This document shows positions 1 to 11,215 of a DNA stretch of 64,000 bases, one piece after another. The translations under genes and the position numbers were made by a program. The stretch is taken from the NCBI RefSeq assembly GCF_018350175.1, contig NC_058368.1:152150001-152214000 (forward strand). Direction: 5' to 3'. This stretch comes from Felis catus. Taxonomy: Eukaryota. The notes under the pieces were generated by a model. That model saw only the letters and a list, made by a program, of their open reading frames with translations. It was not told the origin of the DNA and did no database searches. Numbering within the stretch: position 1 is the first letter of the stretch; every line of letters begins with the position of its first letter.

Positions 1-651
1 ATGCTGGAAAACACTTTATTTCTAGTCAATGTGAACATTATGTTCACTTCCAAAGTGTGTAAATATTGTTAACTTCCACTACCTCCTGTTACGCAAAAGT
101 AGAGTTCAACTAGTCCCCACCTAGATGATTACAAGGTCTTGACTTGCAGGAACTTATTCATAGGTTTTAATTATTACTCAATTCTCCTATCACCATCACA
201 TTTACCTATTGCTATATTTTTCACTATTTATTTTTCTGGAAAATATTCTTAATTTCACAATTTTATTCTATTAGTTCCAATTATGTCACGGAAATCATTT
301 CTAGCCTACATATGTATTTTCTTCCCTTTCGTGTGCTCTATTTGTCAATAACTGATTTTGGCTTTTCTCCATTTTAAAATGTTTACCAATTATGAGGTTG
401 ATAGAGATTTACCTTCATGGATGTACAATTGGCATAAATAAGTAAATTATTCAATTAATTAATTAATTTTGAAAAACTAACCTATTTCAGAGACCAGCTA
501 TCAGAATTGAAGGCCCTTTGTGACTTGTAAAGATTTAAAAGTTTTCAACATCAGAAGTGAAGGAACAAAGGAATATGAAAGTGTTTTCTTGGTCCATTTG
601 AAGTTTTAATGTCCCTATAAGTTGACAGGAAAAGAAGAAACCGCTTCACAA

Positions 652-1146
652 TGATGGGGTTGAAGGCAGGCTTCCCCAATATATTCTACTTTGGCATATT
701 GCTTATTTTGAATTTAAGTGACTTAATAAACAGCTGATGCAAGAAGGACACACTGACCCTCCTCTGTCCGTCTGAAAGCAGGAAATAAGTCTCCCCTGTA
801 AAATTACCTTTCCCAAACCAGGAGAAAGACAGACATCCTTATCACCAGAGACAGGTAACTTAGGGCCAAGAAGGCTACATATACAAACCCTGTTACTTTT
901 TCACTATTTTACTACCTCAAGCACAAACTTCTTTCTTACCAATTCCTCACAAATCTACTATTTCTCTGGCTAAAAGGTATAAAAGCTGCCCGCTCTTGTC
1001 ACTTCTTTGAGTCTGACATCTCTATGAGCTCTCATATGTACAAAATTAAATTTGTTTTTCTCCTGTTAATCTGTCTTATGTCAATTTAATTATTAGACCA
1101 GCCAAAGACCCTAGAAGGGAAAAAGGAAAAGTTTTCCTCTCCTACA
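652..1146 (+). mobile_element. Solo LTR, ERV1 class (MER34A-like)
   Basis: TG...CA termini; 4-bp target-site duplication ACAA (648-651, 1147-1150); internal TATAAAA (~978) and ATTAAA (~1045); start (tgatggggttgaaggcagg...tttggcatattg) and end (ttttcctctcctaca) resemble MER34-family LTRs. Confidence 0.75.
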
Positions 1147-2786
1147 ACAATGTTCTTCTCTGATTTTTGCCTAACTTCAGTGATTCTTTCCTTCTTTCCT
1201 TTAACCCTTAATTATACACCAACCTCAAAATACTTTTTCTGTGTTACAGTATTGGTCTAGAGACTAAATATAGTGTCGGTCTTAACCTGTTTCACCAAGA
1301 GACTCCATAACGTTTTCAGGCATTTTATAGACAAGTTTTGTGGTTTGTTTATTTTAGAAAAAGCTCTTTAATGTTTTTCAAAAGATAAGTAAACAAGAAC
1401 AATTATACCTTTTTCTTAATGAGCAGAAGGAATCAAGGACGTCCCTAAGACTGTGGTGAATAAAAGAGCAGCTGAGGTGAAGGCAGGGGACTGTCTCCTT
1501 CTAAGGTATCATTGTGGTTTTTCTGTAGAAGGTCCAGGAAAATGAAAGCTTTCTGTATCTTAATAAGTGTAGTCATGTCATCTCTACCATAAACATGAGT
1601 ACAGCCTTGCCACCGGAGAAAAACTACAGAATTAATGACTTTTGGGTGTCTATCTACTCAACTGGATCCCAAGACTCTGACCACAGTGCCCACACCCCAT
1701 AAGTGGTTTTTGAAATTAGAAAGCCACATATATCCCTAACCATATATACAATGTGTGTGCAGAAATATAGTAAAAACAGCCCCATGACATTTTCAATGAA
1801 CACTTTCCCAAAATACCTATTGACTATTTGCTGTTCCAAGACCTGTTTACTGAGAGACATAAATATAAAAATACAAATAAATATACGAATAAAATACAGC
1901 AAGTAGCTTCTTACCTTTGGAGAGACAGAGAGAAATCGCATTCACCATATGCAGTTGTTAATGATGTAACCAACATTTATTTAAATTCTAAAATAATGAT
2001 CCAGTCATAGAGTATAGAAGTTTTTTTGGGTTTTTTTTTTGGTTTTTTTACTTTGATTTTTTTTGTCCCACAATGCTGAGTTACTGCAGGCATTATTGAT
2101 GACCATGGGGGGAAATGAAAAGTTTTATATCATGGAGGAATTAAATAATAATGATAAGAGCCAGCCTGCAAATCAACCCAGTTATTGGCTTAAAGTAAAG
2201 ACAGTCTCTTCCATACTGGGTTTTCCAGAATAAAAGAGAAACTATTTCAGATGCCAAGGTTAGCACAGATACGCACACAGAGTATGCCTATTCATCTTGA
2301 AATATGTACCACAAGTACAAAGAAAAAAATAAGATGCATCATCATTAATTAGCTAGCATGTAATAAAACCCAATGACATTTTTTTTACTGTTCAATATAA
2401 CCCCTCCATACTACAGCTAAGTAATTTTCTTCTTCTTGAAGTGCCACAGCTATTTCTGATTCTCTCACTATTGTTATAATTTCAAGACCAAGAAGTTTGT
2501 TTTCATTTGCAGTGTATTAGATTTTTCAAACGATCTACTAAAAACTGCACTCCAATTTCTACTGTCACTGTTCTTCTATTGGAGTAGCATTAAAAGTCAA
2601 CCTTTCCCTGGTGTTCCAATTCTGAGATGGTACCCAAAAAAAGTATGCTGATAGGAAGACAACAGTCAAGATAAATCAACCATTGCCCTATAGAATCAGA
2701 CACCTTTCTCATTTCTGTTCCTTCCCAAATCAACAAGCTTGTGGTTCTACCAGATCCACTGACTTTTTTTTTAAATAGTATATTTT

Positions 2787-2817
2787 GTGCTCGCTTCGGC
2801 AGCACATATATTAAAAT
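2787..2817 (+). pseudogene. RNU6: 3'-truncated (tailless) U6 snRNA retrocopy
   Basis: GTGCTCGCTTCGGCAGCACATATAtTAAAAT matches U6 nt 1-31 with one mismatch; flanked by 14-bp direct repeat AAATAGTATATTTT (2773-2786, 2814-2827). Confidence 0.9.
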
Positions 2818-3119
2818 AGTATATTTTTTAAATATTAGTATATTATTTAAAAGGGGTATATTTGTGTATTTGATACATTACATCAAGACCTAAAGAACTT
2901 AACAAGAATGCAATAATGTGTAAAAGTGTTACTTTTTCTTTATTTTCTATCAAATTATGTCTCCTGACTTAAAGGATATCAACTATTCAACACATTTAAT
3001 GGCAAAACTAGCATTCTTTTCTTTATTAACTGTTTCCTCCCATGCGTTCTTTTCTTCATGGAATAGCAGAACACATTTCCTTTATCACAATCATCACCAA
3101 ATAACTTTTGTGGTCACAA

Positions 3120-3325
3120 ATTAGCTGTTTGGCCTTGCACAAATTACTTAACCACCCTGTGCTCCAATTTACCCACCAATGAAATGGAGATAATAATATT
3201 TCCTATACTATAGGAAATATTTCCTATGCTATATATAGGTTGTTATATAGATTTTTTTTTAATTACGTAGAAGACATGAACAGTTCCTGGTATGCATTAA
3301 GAGTTAATGATTGTTAGTTATTATT
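3120..3325 (+). mobile_element. MIR SINE relic
   Basis: Degenerate MIR core motifs (gccttgcacaaattacttaacc...ctgtgctc...aaatggagataata). Confidence 0.6.
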
Positions 3326-4454
3326 TTATTTTTATTATCATCATTATCACTTTCCTCATAATCATATTTTACAACACAAAGCTTATCACAAATGGTCAAT
3401 CATGACACTCCTAAACTAATCAAATATTTCAAGAACATGGAACCCAAGAAGATCCTAATGGTAATACCTGAACCCTGTGATCCACATAAGAATGTAATCC
3501 ATTCTCACAATCATCTTTAATATTACATATGTGGATTAAGTCATGTCCTTAACAAAGGACATGTCCATAACAAAAGAAATTTCTCCTGAATTGAATTAGT
3601 TTTTCAAATCTTAACACAAATTTTATACCATATAAATAAAAATTACATTTGTGGGTAGAGGTCATTTCTATTTGGAAACTTGAAATATTTAATAATGTCT
3701 TCTAATTCCTATGAATTTTCTAAAGAAGAACATATTAATTGGAAATGTCACTTTGATAGTTGTACTGGTTTCTGTTATATCTGTTACATTGCATACATGT
3801 CTTTGTATGTATGCAGAAATATATGGCCAATCTCTGGCAAAGAAATAAATCAGGTTGGACTTTTATCATAACCTGTTGATTAACTACTAGCTATCTGTCA
3901 TGTTCTGAGTCACATTACTACAGAAAATGGAGCGTCACCTCCTGGAGTGCCCCTTGGAGAACCTCAAGTTCATGGGAATGAACAGTAGAACCGACCTTTG
4001 AACCCTTTCCCACAGCCAAATGACAGCTGTGATTCTTTGGCCTCAGCTTGCCTTCTTAAGCTGATTCGGCATGAAATTTATGGTGTTTCCTCCACAGTGT
4101 CCCATGCTAACTCTGCACATTTATTATTCTGCCCAGTTATTGAAGGAGATATGTTTTTCCTATCATCCAGTTTGATCAAAATTCCAGCCTATAAGATAGT
4201 AGGAACAAACCACAGCTGAGGAACGAGGTAGGAGTATATTTGACATGCTGCCAAATTTTGTTCCCTGCATCTCAAGTACAAACTTAAGCACACTTTAATA
4301 CTGTTTTTAAAAAGTCATGGTGAGGCTTCATCTCTTCAACAAGTTTCTAACATCAGAAGGATGTTCAGGGAGAAAAAAAGATGTCAAAGGGGCAGCTGAA
4401 GAGCTTAAACTCATTTACAGGAATGTTGGGTTTCAAGAAGTTTTCTCAAACTTC

Positions 4455-4640
4455 TACTACTTATGAGAAGTTACACCTTTGGTAGATTCCGTAACCTCGT
4501 TGGGCCTCAGCTTTCTCATCTGCAAAATGGAAATAACAATGCACAGCTCACAGTAGTGTGAAAGTCAAACAAAATAATAGACGTTAAATATTTCAGTTTA
4601 GTTACTCAATTTCAGAAGTGACTCAATGAATATTAGCTTT
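4455..4640 (+). mobile_element. MIR SINE relic
   Basis: Core motif gggcctcagctttctcatctgcaaaatggaaataac. Confidence 0.65.
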
Positions 4641-5029
4641 TTTAAATATGATTAAATGAACTTCGGGTTCACATGTATTTGGTTTGGTCTTGGTTGAGAT
4701 TTTTGAAGTAATGGTTTACCTCTTGAATACGTGAAGCTTAATAAGCTTGTGTACTAATTAAGTCATTTAAAACTAGAAAATAAATTAATTTTTCATTCGT
4801 AAATTTCATAATTAAATGAGTCATTAGGTATGATGAGTTTTCCATTTCACTCACACATAGAGGCAAGTATTACTATACTTACATAGAAAGGAATTATTAT
4901 ATTTGTTTTTATTATTAGTCTTATTTTTAGTTGTGTAGGATTTTTTCAAAACTATAAGAAAACAAATCTCTTTAAGAGTTTCGTTGCTATGTCCCAAATA
5001 TGAGACTTTATCTTTTGTAGCAGCATTAA

Positions 5030-5860
5030 TTCAAAAAATATTTATTGAGCATCTGCTTTGTGCCAGGCACTGTTCATGGCACTGGATAGTCAAAGGTGAA
5101 AAGGCATAGTCCTTGTTCTTCTGAAGCTTACATCACTGGGGAGGTAGACATAAGTCATACGTAACAACAGACTGTGTAGGGTTACAGAGGAAAAGTAACA
5201 GGGCAAAATGAAATGGTAGAGACTAATACTGGGAGAAGGGTTTGAACATAGCCCTCTGGATAGGGTTTTAGGTAGGTGGGCATGAAATGATCTCTAAAGA
5301 GTAGCATTTAAAGTGATTCACAAGTGATGAGACAAGGAGCTAGCCACATGAAAGTTTTGTGCAGGAGCATTCCAAGAAAACAAGGAATGCTGTCAAACAT
5401 CAAAGTGACCTTGGCATGTTAGAGGAACTTGAGAAGGCAAGACAGAAAAGCGAGATGATGCAGGAGAAGAAAGCCCATGGGGAGGAGCTGGTTTTATCTT
5501 AAGAGTAATGGGAGGTCTTTGGATGGTCTGATTGGTCTTTGAAGAAAGTTAAATAAAAGAATTGTTGGGGGGGGTGGTGTCAGAAACAGCAAGGATACTT
5601 GTTAGAAGTTAGGAGAAAAAAAAACAGAGATGCAGATCAGGGTAGTGGTGATGGATACAAAGACAGTCAGTCATATTTAAATACACTTTGTATATAGAAT
5701 CAAAAAGACTCTCTGATGTATCATATAGGAATGTTGAAGAAAAGGCAAGAATCAAAAATGGAAAATGTTGGTGCCATTTGCTGAGATGGGAAAGAAAGAA
5801 GAAAACTGTTTAACTGAGGTGGGAGAATTGGACATCAGAACTTCTCTTTGGGACATAAAT
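5030..5860 (-). mobile_element. LINE-2 3' relic
   Basis: Begins with the antisense L2 3'-end motif ttcaaaaaatatttattgagcatctgctttgtgccaggcactgt, followed by a purine-rich degenerate body. Confidence 0.6.
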
Positions 5861-6356
5861 ACAACAGTATTTATAAGGACAGTTAGACAAACATGCAGAT
5901 GTACTAGGGCTCAGCTCACTGTAGATCAGTAAGGCTGTCATTATATAGATACTGAGCAGTCAGCCTTAATTTAGCCAAAAATGCCCTGCAATGACCTGAT
6001 GTAACAACAACAAGCCCCTTGCATATGAAATTCCCTCAATTAGAGTGTCAAACATTTCTTGTGGAAAAAAATTTGCCTGCTATGTGACAGGGATAGAGAA
6101 CTCTGGCTGATTGAAATCTCTCTATTAAGCACATAGCCAGATACATCTTTGTCACTTATCTAGGCCTGGTTCATGGATTACATAACCTAGGTGAGGTGTT
6201 GGACATGAGGGATTTAGGTAGAGAACACATCAATCAGAAATCTTAAGCACCCTCTGGACATTATTCAGTGTTAATGTAGAAGGTGATTCTGGAGATGGTA
6301 TCCAGGATAGCTAGGTAGGGTGGAACAATTCAAATGTTAAAAGATAAACTTCTTTT

Positions 6357-6568
6357 GGGCACCTGGGTGGCTCAGTGGGTTAAGCATCCGACTTCGGCTC
6401 AGGTCATGATCTCTCAGTTTGTGAGTTCGAACCCCACATCAGGCTCTGTGCTGATAGCTCAGAGCCTTGAGCCTGATTCAGATTCTGTATCTCCCTCTCT
6501 CTGTTCCTCCCCCTCTCACACTCTGTCTCTCTCTCCCTCAAAAAATAAAACATTAATTTTTTTTTTAA
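6357..6568 (+). mobile_element. Can-SINE (feliform type)
   Basis: gggcacctgggtggctcag head, B box gagttcga, CT tract, A tail; TSD aaaagataaacttctt. Confidence 0.93.
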
Positions 6569-7049
6569 AAAAGATAAACTTCTTCAGAGATTTCCTTTGA
6601 AATGGTAATAGATACAGTCAACTCTCAGTTATGGAATCATGAAATCTTGTGTCTCCAAACATTTATGCTACGTGTGAATTTTAAACTCCTCCAATTTACA
6701 TTTATAAAAAAATGAACAATTAACCATACTTGGACTTATACTGAGCTTTGCACTTATTCTTTCCATTCTTTTCCTCAAATAACTGTGCTAATAAAATGTA
6801 AAATGAAAAAAAAAAATGCAGCCAAGCAGAAGAGACAGTACAATCGATATATCCCATGTTTCAGGATAAACAGGGCTTTGCAAATACTCAAAATTGGGTG
6901 GGTTATTTTCAAGGTAGGATTGTTCCTGAATATCCTTTAATATAAATCAGATTTGTTGTTCAAAGACTGTTAAAACATACCTTGAATAATTTTCTACTCT
7001 TTGTCCAGAGGATAATATTTCATTAAAAAAAAGTGAAATGTGTATGTGT

Positions 7050-7084
7050 ATGCGTGTGGTGTGTACATGTGTATAGGTATGTGT

Positions 7085-7168
<84 letters not shown>

Positions 7169-7203
7169 GATGGAAGAGTCAGAGAGAGAGAGAGAGAGAG
7201 AGA
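7050..7203 (+). repeat. Compound microsatellite (TG)n(GA)n
   Basis: Direct reading; accounts for the low-complexity ORFs at 6947-7255. Confidence 0.97.
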
Positions 7204-8250
7204 AGACATTTTGAGACATCTAAAATATTACTTAAATTCTAGCACGGAATCATAGCAATTGGTCTTGGGAAGCCTGGTGATCCCTGAGGTGGCATGACAG
7301 CTCTGAGTCTGACGTCTTCCATGGTATGGGGTAGTGGAGTACTGCTGTCCCACAGTTGAGCCAGCAGAGTCACACACACTTTTGGTCTTTCCATCTGAGC
7401 TGCTACGCAGAGAGCAGGTTTTGGAGCAGGTTCCCACCGCACCAAGCCATCAAGACTGAAGCTTGGTGCTCCAAACAGAGACACATTCTCACTTCCACAA
7501 ATGTTGAAGCAAAAAGAGAATAGGCTGAAGGGGGAGATTATTGTCTTTTTGTTTCCTTCCCTTCATTTTCTTTTCCTGCACAAGCACACTTCGTATGGTG
7601 TTTTGACTTACAGAAAATGAAAATCAAAGATTGATTCTGAAACCGCTAATGGTGTAAAAACAGGATTTTTCCAAGAAAGTAAAAAGTTCTTTTATTCCCA
7701 AGGAAAAACTTTTGAAGAGAAGGTTTCAACCCTTTTCCTTAGAACCCTTCTTCTGAATTAAAGAGATATTTGGGAAAGATTCCTCGAAATATATCTGTTC
7801 AAAAAAACCCGCCGTAGCAAGCTGATTTTTCAAGTTTCTATAAGATCGTATTTAAAGTTAGTATAATATCTAATACAGAAATATTCCCCTATGAAACAGC
7901 AGATTTTCATTTAAACAAAAGACATTGATTTCAGATAATGATCAATGGAATTAACAGAGTTGATATTAATGAAATAAGATCTGTATTTCCCTTAAGCCAA
8001 GGAAAAGAGAATAGAGTGGTAAGATCATATAAATAGAAAACATTTCCCTATGGTTAACTACTGCCAGAAATCGAAGTTAAAAACCTCATCTCTGGCTTTT
8101 TCCAGAGCTTCCTTACCATAACTCCTGGATCTGGCAACCCAACCATGAAAATTAAGAAGGCTCCTACTCGAAAATATTATTCCTGACAATTTGGGGAGAA
8201 ATGATCTATTTAGATAAAGCACATTTTGGATAAAAGTTTGGTATCTTCTT

Positions 8251-8487
8251 TTTTTATAAATTTTTTTTTCAACATTTATTTATTTTGGGGACAGAGAGAG
8301 ACAGAGCATGAACGGGGGAGGGGCAGAGAGAGAGGGAGACACAGAATCGGAAACAGGCTCCAGGCTCTGAGCCATCAGCCCAGAGCCTGACGCGGGGCTC
8401 GAACTCCCGGACCTCGAACTCCCGGACCGCGAGATCGTGACCTGGCTGAAGTCGGACGCTTAACCGACTGCGCCACCCAGGCGCCCC
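8251..8487 (-). mobile_element. Young Can-SINE (SINEC_Fc type) with internal 15-bp duplication
   Basis: CpGs retained; perfect 18-bp TSD aaagtttggtatcttctt (8233-8250, 8488-8505). Confidence 0.96.
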
Positions 8488-10699
8488 AAAGTTTGGTATC
8501 TTCTTAAGGGCACCCTGCACCCTTCAAGTTTTTGGCGTACAGCTTTGGTGTTAGCAAATGGTTTTGAGGAATTTTACGCACTAAGCACATCGCTTATTGC
8601 CCCCTCTACAGGAGTGAGAGATTAAGTGCGTGTGCCCAGTTGGCTTCTGAAATAATAACCCCAAAGGGAACATAACTGTTACTGGTATCTTTGGTGAGAA
8701 GCTAATATTATTTTATGAAAATTATTCAATGTGTTCCTGTGTTCTGATGGTTGTAAAAAAGGAGAAAACAATGTGAGGCCTAAAAGGAGATTTTTTTTTT
8801 AAGCTACGGGAATGAGTTAGTCAATTACCTTTTACTGACAAATGAAAGAAAAACCTAAATCAAACTTCAAAATGGGCAGCAGAATCTTGATGAAGAGTAC
8901 AAATCAAAATGCTCTTATTTATTGGAAAATTGTAACTATCTCAGGAAATGTGGAATAAAACACTTCTCATCTCTGCATCCACCATTCAAATGCTTCCTCT
9001 GCTTTGTGAGCCCCTCGGGAAATCACAGTTCTCTGTAAATTGCACTTTCCCCTTCAGCCAAGTAAACTTATTATGAGATTACACTGCCATTTAATCCAGT
9101 ATAATTGCAGTAATATGTACAGTAGAGCCTACTCAGCAACAAGGCCCCTCTGTCCTGGGAGTCAAAAGCCTTGTGGAACCTGGGCACTACAGTGCCAAGG
9201 AGGAAGAAGCTTCCATTGCTCAGAATGGCAAAATCACTTCCACCAATGGCTGGGAATGAGGAATACATGGGCTTCCTTTTCCCCAGTGATGACAAGTTAA
9301 GTAAATCATTGTGGGAAAATACTGCAGCAGGTTTCTGGATATATGCTAATGAGACTGATGCTTTAGTAAAGAAGAAAAGGGGCATAAAAAATTCTTAAGA
9401 CGAAATAATGCTCCCTCCAACAAGCTTGTCTCTCAGTGGTCATAATATGTTTTCACTCTCTTGCTCTCTTCATCTGCTTTTCTCTGGCAAAGTGAGAGGT
9501 GAATCACTTTTGTACCGCTGTGATTATTTTTACCCCTCAAAACACAGCTTAAGGGCTCCATTTTAGGGCATAATTGCACACAGCGCCAACTTGCTCAAAA
9601 GGTTAAAAAAAAAAAACTCCTCTAGTCTCAGTAAATATCAAGCAGCAGATGAGTCAGGTTCAAGTGAAAGCAGAGGAAACATTAACCATTTCTTACTGAA
9701 AACACACATCACGTACTTCATTGCTCCTAATCAACCCCACTTGGTTCTTTATCTGAACATCAAGGTTCCTCTATGCAGTACACACAATACAGTCCGTCTC
9801 TATCTTTGCAAATAGCTTGAAATCCAAAAGCACATTGGTAAGTCAGTGCTTGAGCTCAAAATGTGTTTAACCATAAGGGAAAAATATCATACAACGGGGT
9901 TAGCTTTCTAAGCTATCCAAGGGTGGTTAATCGTACTTTGCCATGTATAGAATGGTGCTTATTGTATTTGTGGTGAAAATTCTAGAATTCAATTTTCTTA
10001 GAATACTAATAATTCTATAAACAGAAAAATATTTGAACAGTTGCTTTGATTTTTTTCAAAGGGGAAAGCTGAAAATTAAAATTATTAAAGAACATTAGAT
10101 TTGGGTATAAGCCCAATAATCATTGCCTCTAAGAAGGAAACTAAAGAGTTAGGTTTTGATTTTGCAGAGAACAAAAGTATCAAACTCAAACCAATCATTT
10201 GCTGATTAATTGCAAATTACATAATCAACCCATGTATTTATTTTGCATGTGTCTTCTTCTTTGAATAAGATGTTGAACCATATATTCCTATTATTTTATT
10301 TCAATCTCCATACCTATTATAGTTTTCAACCCTCATTGGGCACAAGATAAATGAAATTATCTTTCAGACAAAAAAAATGAGTTCTATGACCAGGTTGAAG
10401 CTTTCCTAGATCTTGCACTGCAACTTATATCTGACCAGTGAAAAAGATGTACTTTAAGACACTTTATATCACTTGTCTTCAAGACCTACAACACCACAAC
10501 ATTGCAAAGTTGTCCTCGTCACTTGTTCAGACTCTAAATTCGGCAGTGGAGGGGGAAAAAGACATACTGGATTGAAGATATATTTATGGAGCATGAGGGA
10601 AAGAAACCATGTCATCAACAGGTTTCCTTACTTCTACTATTTCTTCCAATAGTCCATTTCCACACAACCCATGGGGATTTTGTGAGACATTGCATCCCA

Positions 10700-11215
10700 A
10701 CTCTGTCCAGATCTTATGCATCCAGTGGCCTCCAATCACACTTGGAGAAAACTCCAAACTCAGTACCATCACCTTCCAGATGCTATCTGACTGACCTAGC
10801 CCTGACACCTCTCTGAGCTCAGCTGACACCACTCCTTAGCTCATCCCCAACCCCTCCCCATCTGAGCACCACTTTACTCCTTTCTTCTTCCTAAAGTGTT
10901 CTCCCCCAGATCTTTGTATGGCCTTAACATAATTTTGCTCTCTATAAAATGTCATTTCTTATGTGACCACCATTTTTAAAACTGTCCCTGACCTTCTTCC
11001 TTCTATCATCATACCCTGCTTTACTTTTTTAAGGTCATTTATCACTCTCTGAAGTCATATTACCTACCTTACTTGCTTTTATTTATTGTCTTTTTCCTCC
11101 CTGCTGGAATGTAAACTTCATGAGGACATAGACTATTTCCATTATAGCTAACACTGTTTCCCTAGCACCTAGCCTAGCACATAGTAAACAATAAGCATGT
11201 ATTAAATGAATGAAC
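10700..11215 (+). mobile_element. LINE-2 3' relic
   Basis: Ends with L2 3' motifs (ggaatgtaaacttcatgagg...cctagcacctagc...aatgaatgaa). Confidence 0.6.

Noticed and set aside
31..47. GTGAACA-tta-TGTTCAC steroid-response-like palindrome
   Set aside because: Deviates from the AGAACA half-site and a 7-bp stem is expected by chance
2503..2620. Plus-strand exon-like open frame after tttcatttgcag
   Set aside because: Weak donor, unrecognised peptide and no partner exons
6334..6600. Recurrent AQVMIS...SGSVLTAQSLEPASDSVS peptides suggesting a gene family (also at 12938, 13319, 24785, 31224, 37472)
   Set aside because: They are translations of Can-SINE bodies
6947..7255. Low-complexity ORFs (also 18783-19179)
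   Set aside because: Microsatellite translations
8590..8615. CTCF-like motifs (here and at ~12400)
   Set aside because: Only the 3' half matches the consensus; not distinguishable from chance by eye
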